Positions 1 through 12,747 of a stretch of DNA of 64,000 nucleotides are shown here, one piece after another. This DNA comes from Octopus vulgaris (taxonomy: Eukaryota). How positions within the stretch are numbered: position 1 is the stretch's first letter; every line of letters begins with the position of its first letter. Both the position numbers and the translations under genes were made by a program. Location: positions 62,434,001-62,498,000 of the forward strand of contig OX597825.1 of NCBI GenBank assembly GCA_951406725.2, written 5' to 3'. Under the pieces are notes generated by a model. It did no database searches. It had not been told where the DNA came from and saw nothing but the letters and a program-made list of their open reading frames with translations.

Positions 1-489
1 TATCAGCAGCAGTAGCAGTTACAGCAGCAGCAGCAGCAGTAGTCGTCTATTTTGGATTAAAAACTTCGATCTAGATATATACAAAGAAAGAAGAATTTTA
101 GCAATTTAAGTAGCATGGGGAAATGGTGCCAAGCCTGCCAGAGTTTCTAATTTCATTTTCACATTTACTTCTATGTGGAGTAGAATCTATTGTCAAACAA
201 ATTGATAATGATGTAGAGAAATGTTTCCGATGAAATGGAGATTGGTAGAATGACATCAATTGTAGCAAAGCTAATATAATCTAGAACATTCCATTAAGTA
301 ACATTTTGAAGACATCATGGTTACAGGCCAAGGAAATAATAAACATGTTGGTCAACAATATCATGGTGATACACAGATCTTGGAGCCTGTAAACAGAAGC
401 GAGTTGGCTAAATGTTTAAGAAATGGTAATAGGAATTTCTTAGGAATGCCATCTGCATGAAATGTAATAGTTGAGTGCTTGCTGGTGCA

Positions 490-716
490 ATGTAAAAGCA
501 GGTGTGCTGGTGCCACATCTAAGGGTCCAATCTGGTGCCATGTAAGAAAAAGCACCCAGTACATTCTGTGAAGTGGTCGGTGTTAGGAAGGGCATCCAGC
601 TGTAGGGACCATGCCGAAACAGGCAACCTGGGCTACTCTCCAGTCAGCCAGCTCCTGTCAAACCTTCCAACACATGCCAGCATGGAAAACAAACTGTAGA
701 TGACGTAGACGATGTT
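490..716 (+). mobile_element. SINE family D 3' part, ending in an (ATG)n tail
   Basis: Motif AAAAGCACCCAGTAC..GGTGTTAGGAAGGGCATCCAGCTGTAG..CATGCCAGCATGGAAA, shared with copies at 28590, 51450, 53700, 60740 and 61765. Confidence 0.75.
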
Positions 717-938
717 GATGATGATGATGATGATGATGATGATGACAATGATGATGATGACGATGATGATGATGACAATGATGATGATGACGATGATGAT
801 GATGACGATGATGATGATGATGATGATGATAACGATGATCATGATGAGGATGATGATGATAACGATGATGATGATGATAATGATGATGATGATGATGATG
901 ATGAGGATGACGATGATGATGATGATGATGATGATGAC

Positions 939-1006
<68 letters not shown>

Positions 1007-1239
1007 CGATGATGATGATGATGAAGATGAGGATAACGATGATGGTGATGATAATGATGATGGTGATGATAATGATAATGATGATGATAACGATGATGAT
1101 GATGATGAAGATGATGATGATGAGGATTACAATGATGATGATGACAGTGATGATGATGATGATGATAACGATGATGATGATGAGGAGGAGGATAACGATG
1201 ATGATGATGATGATGATAATGATGATAATGATGATGATA

Positions 1240-1272
<33 letters not shown>

Positions 1273-1350
1273 ATGATGATGATGACAATGATAACGATGA
1301 TGATGATGACGATGATGATGATGATGATAATGGTGGTGGTGGTGGTGGTG
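715..1350 (+). repeat. Long imperfect (ATG)n microsatellite, expanded SINE tail
   Basis: About 630 bp of ATG/ACG/ATA triplets directly after the SINE D end; explains the poly-M/poly-I ORFs. Confidence 0.95.
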
Positions 1351-2139
1351 GCAGTAGTAATTATGAGAAGCAAAAAAACAATTCTGATTATTAGATTTCT
1401 TTGACAGTAAGGAGCTGAGGACATAACGAAGGTTTGATCATTAAAGTTAATCAAATTTAGCCAAGACAAAGGAGATGGAAATCCAAATTGTTTTCATCTC
1501 TTCTTGAGGTTATGTATAACTCTCCTCAATGTAAAGGTAAATTTAATTGGCTGGAATTAAGTTTTGTTTACTCATTTCATTATGTGTATAAGTACTCATT
1601 CAACTGTTAAGTTTGATTTTTCTTCAGCCATTTTGCCATGCCAACTTCTGCGTGTATGCATATATATTCATACATAGTTTACGTACGTAGTGGTTTTACT
1701 TTTATCTTATATTAAACTTTTTGATAGTTATATATATTTAAAAAAAATATATAAATATAAATTAATAATTTTAATTTTAAATTTAAATTATTTAAATTTT
1801 TCAATTTTATATTTTATGTATTTTGTATATTATATTATTTTTATTTTTATGTTTTGGTTCATGTTTCTCATGGTTTGATTTGCCTAATAGTGGTTTTATC
1901 TCTAATTTAATTTATATATATATCCCTCTCTCTCTCTTTCGGAGAGGCACAAGCACCTACACGCACATATACACACACGGCAGTAACTCCCACCTGCCGA
2001 ATTTAATCACAAAGCTTCGGTCGGCTCGGGGCTATAGTGGAAGACACCTACCCAAAGTGCCACGCAGTGGGACTGAACCTGAAACCATATAGCTAGGAAG
2101 CAAATATATATATATAGAGAGGGAGAGAGGGAGACAAAG

Positions 2140-2450
2140 AGAGAGAGATAAAACTTACTTGGGAAAGTATGTGTGGCGTTCGATCATATAATAATATAAA
2201 TAATATATAAATAGGGACAACTGATGAAGAGGAATATTCTTTATGTTGCAAGTCTTGTTTCTCCGTTTGTTTTTTTCCTTTGTTCGAAAAAATTTTGTTC
2301 TCTATGTTTTTGTCTTTATGTTTTCGTTTCTCATTGTGTTCAACGTTTTTTCTATGTCCTGTTCCCATATAGGCATGTATATATACATATATATGTAGGT
2401 ACTTACCTATATGCATATATTTATATATTATATATTATATATATATATAT
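2140..2450. mobile_element. PLE pLTR-like non-coding element with an inverted copy of its 3' end attached
   Basis: 2215-2445 (GGACAACTGATGAAGAGGAATATTCTTTATGTTGCA...) matches 31449-31670. 2147-2213 is the reverse complement of that family's 3' end as seen at 31648-31716. Confidence 0.6.
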
Positions 2451-2649
2451 CATCATCATCATCATCCAATTCTGTGATAGAAAATTCAACAAAAAAATGT
2501 ACTCCATCTGGTGAGAGATAAATATTATTTATTTAAAGTCACAATAGATGTATTAAAATATTACTAATAGTTTCATATGTTGAGAAAACTCAAGAATATT
2601 CTTCAGGCACAAACCACATATCATAACAAAACTCATATATATGTGTGTG

Positions 2650-2723
<74 letters not shown>

Positions 2724-3183
2724 TGTGTGTGAGCTTGTGTGTGTGTTGCACCTACATAGTGATCCTGATTGCAACATCTGGGAAGCACTGTGAAATATCA
2801 TGGTTTGCTGAAGAGATCTAATAAGACTGGATGAAACCTGTCTGAATTTCTCATTAGGCTTACACTAAATCAATATATATCCTTGAGTTAATATTTTCAG
2901 CATCTCATTGCATAGTCACAGACATGTCTGTGAGACAAAGAAGTTTGCTTCTCTGATACATGGCTTGGGGCACAGTCCCACAATGTGGTATTTTGAGCTA
3001 GTGTATTTTTCTATGGACATGGACTTATAAAAGACTTGTGAGTAGATTTGTTTGATGGGAATTGAAAGAAGCCCATATATGTATGTATTTTTGTGTATGT
3101 GTGTGTCAGTGTGTGTGTGTATCTATCTATCTATCTATCTATCTATTTATCTATGTATGTATGTATGTATGTATGTATGTATG

Positions 3184-3226
<43 letters not shown>

Positions 3227-3317
3227 ATCTATCTATATACATATATATATATACACATATGTAGTGCCTACATAATGCATACTATGAGTATATATGTGTG
3301 TATGTGTGTGTGTGTGT

Positions 3318-3495
3318 ATCATCATCATTTAACTTCTGTTGTCCATGTTGGCATGGGTTGAACAGTATGACTGGGCTTGCATGCTGGAAGGCTGCACCAG
3401 ACTCCAGTCTGATTTGGTATTTATACAGCTGGATGCCCTTCCGAATGCTAATAACTCTGAGAGTGTAATGGGTGCTTTTACGTGTCACTGGCATT
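3318..3495 (-). mobile_element. SINE family D
   Basis: Reverse complement of the family D 3' region; begins with CATCATCATTTAAC. Confidence 0.7.
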
Positions 3496-3579
3496 GAATT
3501 TATCAACACCTGGAAGAATGAAAGTCCAAGTTATCTACAGCTGAATTTGAAATCAGAACATAAATCTAGTTAATATTTG

Positions 3580-3937
3580 TTTCAAATTTCGCTGAGGTCG
3601 ACTTTGCCTTTCATTCTTTTGGGGTCGATAAGTTAAGTACCAGTTGCATACTAGGGTCGATCTAATCGCCTGGCCCCCTCCCCAAAAATTTTAGGCCTTG
3701 TGCCTAGAGTAGAAAAGAATATTCATTATAAATTTTGGCACGAGGCCAGTAGTTTGGGGTGATGGAGTAAGCTGATTATATCAACCCCAGTACTCAACTG
3801 GTACTGATGTTACTGACCCTTAAAAAATGAAAAGCGAAGCTGACTTCTGCAGAATTTGAACTCAGAACATAAAGACAGGCGAAGCACCACTAAGCATTTC
3901 ACCCATCATGTTAACAATTCTACCAGCCTGCTGCCTA
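3580..3937. mobile_element. Two SINE family B (Meta-domain-like) copies in opposite orientation
   Basis: GAGGTCGACTTTGCCTTTCATTCTTTTGGGGTCGATAAGTTAAGTACCAG on +, followed by a reverse-strand copy at 3730-3937. Confidence 0.7.
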
Positions 3938-3951
3938 AATAATGTTAATAA

Positions 3952-4328
3952 TCTTTTACTCTCTTACTTGTTTCAGTCATTTGACTGTGGCCATGCTGGA
4001 GCACCACCTTTGGTCGAACAAATTGATCCCAGGACTTATTCTTTGTAAGCCTAGTACTTATTCTATTGGTCTCTTTTGCCAAACTGCTAAGTTACGGGGA
4101 CTTGGTGGGTACAAACACAGACACACAAACATCTACAGACACATACATATATATACATATATACGACGGGCTTCTTTCAGTTTCCGTCAACCAAATCCAC
4201 TGACAAGGCTTTGGTCAGCCCAAGGCTATATTAGAAGACATTTGCCCAAAGTGCCACGCAGTGGGAATGAACCCGGAACCAAGTGGTTGGCAAGCAAGCT
4301 ACTTACCACACAGCCACTCCTGCGCCTA
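3952..4328 (-). mobile_element. SINE family A (tRNA-like head, CORE-like domain)
   Basis: Reverse complement of GGCGCAGGAGTGGCTGTGTGGTAAG...GAAACAAGTAAGAGAGTAAAAG. Confidence 0.85.
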
Positions 4329-5047
4329 TTAATATTGACATTACATTTAATAACCCTGTTTAAATATATAGCCTCACTTTTCAAATATAGGAATATCTAA
4401 CCTTTTCAAATATATATAACATATATTTATTGATCTTGTATCGTTTGTGAAAGTTATTTTTGAAACGATTCACTAACTGCCTGATTCTATAATAATATTT
4501 ATTTGCGTCAAATATAACTCAAGTGTTATATTTTGAGCATTATAGAAATATACATGCGCACAACACACACATACACATATATAGACATATATGTGTACAT
4601 GTGCGTGTAAATGTGTGTCAATGTGTGAATACATATGTGTATATGTGTGTATGTATCTATATGTATATCATCATCATTCACATTTTCAATTGTTTAACAT
4701 CCACTTTTCCATGTTTGGGCCAGAGTTCGTTGAAGTTAATTTTCTATGGTTTAATACCCTTCCTTCCTTTATAGGTTGCTTGTTAGTTTTCTTTTTATAT
4801 TGGATTCCATGATTCAGCACAATAAGAAAATATTAATTAAAAAGCATAAATTTATTAGGTAGGAGTGCGATGCCTACATAAAGGGAGCTTGGCTGTCAGC
4901 AGCACAGCTATATCACGTTTGTATGTGTGTAATAGAACAAAGACAGAGACACAGTCAAGAGGTATGAAGTCAGATTTTAGCATATTTATACTTACTTACG
5001 TTTTGGAGAAAATGCAAATATACATAAAAGAAACTATATATATATAT

Positions 5048-5660
5048 AGGCACAGGAGTGGCTGTGTGGTAAGTAGCTTACATACAAACCACATGGTTCC
5101 GGGTTCATTCCTACTGCATGGCACCTTGGGCAAGTGTCTTCTTCTATAGCCTCTGGCTGAGCAATGCCTTGTGAGTGGATTTGGAAGACGGAAACTGAAA
5201 GAAGCCCGTCATATATATGTATATATATAGGTATGTATGTGTGTGTGTATATGCTTGTATGTCTGTGTTTGTCCCCCCAACATCGTTTGACAACTGATGG
5301 TGGTGTATTTGCGTCACCATAACTTAGCAATTCGGCAAAAAAAGAATAAGTCCTGTGGTCGATTTGCTCGACAGAAGGTGGTGCTCCAGCATGGCCGCAG
5401 TCAAATGACTGAAACAAGTAAAAGAGTAATATATATGCATATATATAGGTATGTATGTGTGTGTGTATATGCTTGTGTGCCTGTGTTTGGCCCCACAACA
5501 TCGTTTGACAACCGATGCTGGTGTGTTTACATCCCCATAACTTAGTGATTCGGCAAAAAAGACCGATAGAATAAGTACTAGGCTTACAAAGAATAAGTCC
5601 TGAGGTTGATTTGCTCGACTAAAGGTGGTGCTCCAGTATGGTCACTGTCAAATGAACTCT
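5048..5660 (+). mobile_element. SINE family A with duplicated 3' half
   Basis: A/B-box-like head TGGCTGTGTGG..GGTTCATTCC and ACCTTGGGCAAGT CORE-like motif; 3' half repeated at about 5460-5660. Confidence 0.85.
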
Positions 5661-6078
5661 CATTGACTTTTTCAAGTTTTACTTGAGAAGGAAGTTGGGA
5701 GTGAAGAGGGAAATGCTGTCCTCAAGTGTGTTTATGGAAAGGTTGGTGAATGTTGCAAAAAGGGCAAGAGTGGATGGTGGCTCTTTCAGAGTAAACCTTA
5801 AGTTAGAGAGAAGGGACTAGAGAAGGCACTTGCTTTTGGGGTTTCAGAGAAATCTTGGACAGTGGGGTTCCTCATTTATCCCTTCTGCATCAGGAGGGCT
5901 ACATCCCTATCATCCTCCTCACACATATTTTTTAACCTTTGTGTGCATCTGTTCCTTCTTTTACAGTATATACCGTGTATACTTAACTTTCCATTATAAG
6001 TAAACCCCAACACTTTATGTCTGTCTTTGTATTGTCCCCGCCATCCTTCACCCTTGTGGCAAATAAACGAAATCATCC

Positions 6079-6109
<31 letters not shown>

Positions 6110-6229
6110 TATTATTATCATTATTATTATTAGTGCTATTTTTATGATTATTCCAGTTAATTTAGCTGCTGTCACCAATGTTTCCTCTCCTGCAATTATA
6201 GTTTATAGCTGAGTGGTAGTTATTAATAA

Positions 6230-6845
6230 TGTTATGGGTAGATTTGTGTGAGGTTTATCAGCAGAGTTTATGCCTATTTGAAGCTGCTGTAATTGATCGA
6301 AAGTTAGCTGTAACTGAGTAGGAGATTTTAACTGTGGACAGGTTGGAATTTGAGTTGTTACTTATGCTGTAGGAGAGAAACTTGATTTAATAGTACTTTA
6401 AAACTCTTTCGGCAATATCTTTACATTTAAGGAGAAAGAACATGTACAACAACAGATATGTAGTTTTCTTGTGTTGGATAATCCTTTGGTCCAAGATTTA
6501 GGGTTCTTGGTAGGTATTTGACATGCTTCGATGGTGGGATGTAATGTTGGGGTGGGATCTGCTATTTTTAGCACTGCTGGTGTTTATAATAGAGCCAGAA
6601 GCATTGTGGATTACCTCTGTATGTTTAGATTTAGGATTCAACTGAGCTAAATAATTCTTAAGCTTGCTGTCAGATAAAATTCTATTTTGTCTGAGAATCT
6701 GCTAGCAAGTAAGGCAGGATTATTAAAAAAATGTCTTCATTTGCAGACAGGTTAGCGATTCTGATGGAAATGCTGTTGACAAGGTTATTTAGCTTGGTTC
6801 TACGGTGGTTAGAATTAGTATTGATATGCTTAAAAATTCATTTTC
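6230..6845 (-). pseudogene. Degenerate PLE ORF: RT thumb plus pre-endonuclease region
   Basis: Minus-strand translation gives SNHRRTKLNNLVNSISIRIANLSANEDIF (PLE thumb SNH..SI..R...LS.NE.IF). After frameshifts it gives FSLNVK..NLSTVKISYSVTANFRS, matching NRRTLKVSYSCCRNFAS of the 36033-36710 ORF. Confidence 0.6.
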
Positions 6846-6859
6846 TGTTATCTATCTAC

Positions 6860-6927
<68 letters not shown>

Positions 6928-6961
6928 GTCTATCTAGCGATCTATCTATCTTTCCATACTG

Positions 6962-7290
6962 TTGTGTCTGGGAAGAGTCATTTTCTTTTTGTGCCTTATA
7001 ATTTAACACACTCACCAGTAAAATTTCCACTTATTTCTTATTTTTATTTTCCTAAAATTTTCGTTGCCTCTTGCAACCTTTTCAGTAGTCTTCACTCTCT
7101 ATTGAAAAGGTTGCAAGAGGCAAGGAAAACTTTAGGAAAATAAAAAAAAAATAAGTGGGAATTTTACCAGTGAGTGTGTTAAATTATAAGGCACAAAAAG
7201 AAAATTACTCTCCCCGGACACAAAAGAATATGATTCAACACACGGACACATATAAAGAATCTTGCCAACCAAATCCAAAAACGAAATATA
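6962..7290. mobile_element. Fold-back non-coding element with variant HHR-like motifs
   Basis: Inverted arms 6962-7088 and 7099-7223 with a 10-nt loop, between (TATC)n and (TA)n. Minus-strand motif CTGAAAAG-GTTGC-aagag-GCAAC-GAAA. Confidence 0.7.
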
Positions 7291-8909
7291 TATATATACA
7301 CACACACACATGCTCGTATGTGTGTGTGTGTGTGTGTGTATGTATGTGTATGTGTGTGTGTGTGTGTGTATCTTCAATCAATTTCTATTATCTATAAAAT
7401 GGTTTTGATTTATCTTCTTAGTTTTAACACAAGCTACTATAAGCATGCAAACAACCTTATATATGCATATACAGCATGGATCGTCATGGCTATCCTCTAT
7501 TATATTTTACTATGAAGGCTAATGAAATATAATACCAAAGCCAGTAGAGAAAGCATAAGTGAATACACAGGACTGCATGGTTGATGCTTAACACACAATC
7601 TATGATTCTGGTAAAGCAATATTACATGGAAAATATGAATGCAGTCTGAGTTATGTAAAATATAATTCTCTAAAAGACTACTTTGAACTATATTCAGGAG
7701 AGATCAATTATGAAAATATAAAAGAATCAACTGACAGTTATAATTAGGGCCGAACAATTTGTAACAATACTGCAGTGTTTCTGTATTTAAAACAATTACA
7801 TAGTCTGCAAATTGGAAAATGAAGAGGCTCTTGCTTCATATTTTATGGACAGTTGGTAGAGGTGAAGGTGGTAAGAGTAATAGCAGTGGCATTGCTCTTG
7901 TTAGGAATGTTAGTGATTATGGTTGTGGTGAACAGTAATGGTTATACATGTATGTTTAGCAGTGATAGTGGAGCCAATGTTATAGAAAGGGGTGTAGTTG
8001 GTGTTTTGATAGTTACTGCAGAGAGATGTTGGAAGTTATTATATATGCAGCGTTATTACAGAAGTGTGTGCTGTTACTGTAGCTGCTGCTGTTGTGGCTT
8101 TATTTATTATTATTATTTTTTTTTTTTTACAATAGGATGGCATTGTAATGATTGATGTTGGTGGTAGACGAAGTGGTAATAATTATGCAAGGAAACGATT
8201 GCAATGAAGTTTGATGCTGCTGCATATTCGAACGGTCGTGCTAATAGTTTACAGTGATGTAACAGATATTTGCAGCTAATATATAATGTGGTATATAGCA
8301 GAATGCTTCAAGACATGCAGCAGATGAATACTTGGTATGATTGGAAGAACAGTTGGCACAGTAATGTTGTATAGGATCAATGTAATCATGTTGATTGCAT
8401 TGACGATACACTGTTAGCAAGATGGTTCTAAATATGATTGCATACAGAGGATATCGCAGTTGGTATCATTGAGTGTGCAACTAAAAGTGTTGGCCTATTT
8501 AAGCTAAAGAAGTGGTTGAAAGGTTGCAAGTTGTGATTAAAGTTAATTGATGGGCAGAAACATTTCATTTTGTAAATGTATAACTGAGCCTGGACCAATT
8601 AAATAGTCGGTATCATATATGATAAGTTCTGCAAAAGGTGATGCAGAACATCCCCTACAGGAGATGTTTCACAAAGAATATCATTACATTAAGAAGCAGA
8701 TGCATTAGTCAACATAGAGGAAAAGAAAAAAGAAAACCTGAAAAAAACGAAAAAGGAGAGCAATTATGCAAGTTTCTATTTCCATGTGGAGGAGCATTCC
8801 TATATTTCTTTGATTTATTTTAATATCTTGAAATGTTACTATTGACATGAAGGACAATTGGATCTGTTGGCAACAATATCACACACGTACACACATATAC
8901 ACAGACACA

Positions 8910-8942
<33 letters not shown>

Positions 8943-9017
8943 TCATACACAAATACACACACACACGCACGCACACACTACATATGCATATATTATGCAT
9001 ATTATATGTATTCATAT

Positions 9018-9219
9018 CAAATTTTGGCACAAGGCTGGCAAGTTCAGGGTAGGGGCTGAGTCAATTACATCAACCCTAGTAGTCAACTGGTACTTATTTT
9101 ATTGATATTGAAAAGATGGCAGGCACAGACAACCTTAGCAGAATTTGAACTCAAAACATAAAAATGGACAAAATGTTGCTAAACATTTTGCTTGGCACAC
9201 TAGCAATTCTGCCAGCTCA

Positions 9220-9222
<3 letters not shown>
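9018..9222 (-). mobile_element. SINE family B
   Basis: Reverse complement of the family B head and Meta-like domain. Confidence 0.7.
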
Positions 9223-9270
<48 letters not shown>

Positions 9271-9351
9271 ATGTGTGTATGTATGTATGTATGTATGCAT
9301 GTATGTATATATATATATGTATGTATATGTATACATATATGTATGTATGTG

Positions 9352-9443
<92 letters not shown>

Positions 9444-9714
9444 TGCTTATATATATATACATATGCATATATATATATATATATATACCTACATATGCAT
9501 ATATATATATACCTACATATGCATATATATATATGTTTTTCAATATATCAATTTGATCATCATCACCATTGCCATCACTATAGTGTCTTCTTTTCCATGC
9601 TTGGAGTTTACTGAGATGGGATATTCTTCAGCCAATGCCATTCCTGTCACTACATCACCTGCTCATAAGAAAGAATATATGTGTGTGTGTGTGTGTATTT
9701 GTGTATGTGTGTGT

Positions 9715-10215
9715 ACAAGGTGCGTAAGGTATTTGAGGACATACATTTTTGGGGTGTTTGCTGCCTTTTTTACTAACTCTGTACAATATTTGTTTCAGAA
9801 ACTGATAATGGCAGACCTCCAGCTTACTCAATAAATGAAGAGGCACACTGTTATTGTGGTTATAAAGGCTGAGCATAGCAATTTAGAAATATCTCGATTT
9901 TTAAAAGTTGCCAGACTTTTCGTCTACAAAGCCTCTAAGGAGCTAGAGACTGAAGATGAAAATGTATCACCAGCATTAAAGCATAAAAAGCATTCTAAAC
10001 GATCTGAAATCCTTAGAACACCTGAAATTATCCAGCAAGTTCAACAGACTATTGATTACAATCCCAGAAAGTCCATGAGTTCAATTGCAAAAGATCTCCA
10101 TATGTCAGAAGGAAGTCAGAAATGTTGTCCACGAAGACATCAGGTATAAGACTTACATGATGAGGAAACATCAATTTGCCAGAAAAAGCTAAAGAAAATC
10201 ACTACATCAGATAAA
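9715..10215 (+). pseudogene. Tc1/mariner transposase N-terminal (HTH) remnant
   Basis: ORF 9835-10149 (..RTPEIIQQVQQTIDYNPRKSMSSIAKDLHMSEGS) resembles a Tc1-type DNA-binding region; frameshifted downstream. Confidence 0.55.
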
Positions 10216-10339
10216 TGATAGACGGAAGTCATTTGAGAATGATTTGTTGGATTCTTAATGGTGTATCCTTTCTCTATAGTTAGATGTATAACTGCCACTG
10301 GTGAGTTTAGGGGTTCACATACATTGTACAGAAAACGGA

Positions 10340-11305
10340 ACCCACAAACCTTTGAATAAAACTATTTGAATAAAATGACACCGAAGGATAGATCAAGATG
10401 AACAGTGGTTCCAGCAAGATGTCCCCCTGGCATCATATGACTCCATAGCCTGGCTGAGAGAGTGATTTCAGGAGAGACTGATCAGCAGGAAGTGTGACAT
10501 TGAGTGGGCACTGCATTCACTGAACTTGTGGAGGCACATGGTCTAGAGGTTAGAGCAGTGGATTCGCAGTCGAGGGATCATGGGTTCGAATCTCAGACCG
10601 GGCGATGTGTGTGTTTATGAGCGAAACACCTAAGCCCCATGCGGATCAGACAGAAGGTAATGATTCCACTTGTTGAGGCACATGGCCTAGTGGCTAGAGC
10701 AGCAGACTCGCGGTCGAGGGATCGTGGGTTCGAATCTCTGACCAGGCGATGTGTGTGTTTATGAGCGAAACACCTAAGCTCCACGCAGCTCTGGCAGAGG
10801 GTAATGGCGAACTTCTGCTGACTCTTCCGCCACAACTTTCTCTCACACCTTCCTCCTGCATCTTGCAGCTCACCTGTGACAGACCGGTGTCCTGTCCAGG
10901 TGGGGAACCTATACACCAAGGAAACCAGGAAACCAGCCCTTATGAGCCAGGCATGGCTAAAGAAGGAAAAAAAACCCAGATTTTTATCTGTGGGGATATC
11001 TCAAGGATAATGTTTACCAGAACAACCCTCAAACGATTAGTGAACTGAAGGCAGCAAACACAGCAGAAATCAAGGAAATCCTGAAAGAGGAATGTGTTTG
11101 AGTAATTGACAATTTTGCATGACATATGCAAGTGTTTGAACGAAGTATGTTATTTAGAGCATATTTTGAAAAGAATATGACTTTTATGCAAAGGGAATGA
11201 TCAAGCACAGATTGAAATTCAAGTCCAGCAAATTTCAAGTAATTTGCTGGACCTTTGTCGGATTTAATAAAATTTTTATGGGTTCTGTATTTTGGTGTCA
11301 CCTAT
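10340..11305 (+). pseudogene. Tc1/mariner (maT/DD37D-like) transposase C-terminal remnant, split by a SINE
   Basis: WFQQD..AWLRE.F.ERLISRKCDIEWA.HS.. (10400-10527) continues after the SINE as NPDFYLWGYLKDNVYQNNPQTISELKAA (from 10973). Confidence 0.7.
10529..10970 (+). mobile_element. SINE family C (tRNA-Arg-like head), head duplicated
   Basis: GGAGGCACATGGCCTAGTGGCTAGAGCAGCAGACTCGCGGTCGAGGGATCGTGGGTTCGAATC; two heads at about 10530 and 10674. Confidence 0.8.
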
Positions 11306-11610
11306 ATTATAGAGTCTGTTTTTATAGCAGTTTATACTATAGTTTATATTATACTTAGTACTATTGCTGGTTATGGTATACAGAATAAATGCAGGAGAAA
11401 TGATCATAAACACAGATTTATATAATTTGTTGCTGGTATACATTTCACTGTTGTGGTTCTTTGAAATTTCGTTATTGGATGTTTAACTACTGCAGAGTGT
11501 TGGGAGAAAATTTTATTCTGTTATGTGCAAATTTTTAATATTAACTTACATAAGGGTGGTGAGTGGGTAAAATGGTTAGCATGCCTACTGGCATTTCATC
11601 TGTCTTCATG

Positions 11611-11824
11611 GGTACTAGGTGAATTCGTCTACAACAATTTGTCTACAACAATTCATTTACAGCAATTTATCTTTGTGTGGTTGTATGTGTGTGTGTGTGT
11701 TTGTGGTTGTATGTGTGGTTTTATGTGTGTGTGTTTCTATAGTTGTGTGTGTATGTGGTTGTAGATAAATTGTGGTAGATGAATTGTTGTTGAAGAATTG
11801 TTGGAGACAAATTTGCCAGATACC
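11611..11824. mobile_element. MULE-like MITE with tandem-repeat TIRs, inserted in a family B SINE
   Basis: Ends GGTA...TACC; TIRs built from ~15-bp TCTACAACAATT units; 9-bp TSD gtcttcatg/atcttcatg (1 mismatch). Confidence 0.7.
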
Positions 11825-12526
11825 ATCTTCATGTTCTGAGTTCAAATTCTGCTGTGGTTAAATTTGTCTTTCATTCTTTCAGAATCAATAAAATAGGTAA
11901 CAGTTATTCACTGGGGTCAATGTAATTAACATAACCTCTTCCCCCAAAATTGCTGGTCTTGTGCCAAAGCTTAAAGCCATTATTAATTAATGCTTTAAGA
12001 GTGGTGAGCAGACAAAATCATTAGCATGACAAGCAAAATGCTTAGAGGTATTTACATTAAGCTAAAATTCCACAGAGGACAACCTTTCAGAATCGATAAA
12101 ATGAGTACCAGTGGAGCACTGATCTCATGTAATTGCCTACACCACCTCTGAAATTGCTGGCCTTGTACGAAAATTTGAAACCAGTATTAACTTACATGAA
12201 AAGCACTATGTATGACATTTAGAAAATGGAAACATCTATTGTGTTGCTAGTGAAAGGTACCTTTATTAGAAGGCAAATGATAATAACATGAAGAGTAGAG
12301 CTGAAGCTAAATCATAGGATACTGATTATGAGATCACAGAAAGCAAGGATTGATATTTTTCTTTTTTATCTTTTAGTTCCTAGGGAAAATAATGTCCAAT
12401 TATAAAGTCTCCAAGACTGATGGTAAAGAGAGACTGTAAGGTATAGTCAAACTGAAAACTAATCTGAATATTTGCTGCAGAACTGATTCTACAGAAGGCA
12501 CTTAATGTGTGAAGTTGTGGGGTTAA

Positions 12527-12747
12527 CCCTTTCGCTACCAACCTGGCTGAAACCGGCTCTGGCTTTGTAGTACAAATGTCTTGCTTTCAAAAGTTCTGAA
12601 TTAAAATCTTCCACCAAACCTTTATCACAATTTATGTTCCTAACACTAGGTTAATGATAACTAAGTTATTTTACAAAATTCTTTGTTGTATTTAAAGTAA
12701 ATGAAAGAAACACAGAGCATCTCAAAATAAATACAGTAACGAATGGG
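12527..12747. mobile_element. piggyBac-like MITE
   Basis: TTAA|CCCTTTCGCTAC ... GTAACGAATGGG|TTAA: TTAA TSD with CCC/GGG-ended TIRs. Confidence 0.8.

Noticed and set aside
281-386. Possible terminal coding exon on the minus strand
   Set aside because: The acceptor is plausible, but all frames stop within 35 codons with no recognisable peptide.
633-1469. 278-aa poly-Ile and 230-aa poly-Met ORFs
   Set aside because: They are translations of the (ATG)n microsatellite; the same applies to the poly-His/Ser/Asp ORFs at 32856-33253 and 59781-60213.
1690-1900. Possible mitochondrial insertion (AT-rich hydrophobic ORF)
   Set aside because: No recognisable mitochondrial protein motif; composition alone explains it.
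5660-5900. Possible LINE (Tx1-like) 3' end
   Set aside because: Resemblance is too weak to call without a search.
7853-8155. Hydrophobic 100-aa ORF resembling a membrane protein
   Set aside because: Decayed GGT/AGT-rich low-complexity sequence with no family motifs.
9145-9834. [12 protein letters not shown]-rich ORFs throughout the window
   Set aside because: Stop-free dinucleotide repeats and SINE sequence, not genes.
10529-10745. tRNA-Arg-like genes
   Set aside because: They are SINE heads: followed by SINE body, multi-copy, with no intact acceptor stem or terminator.
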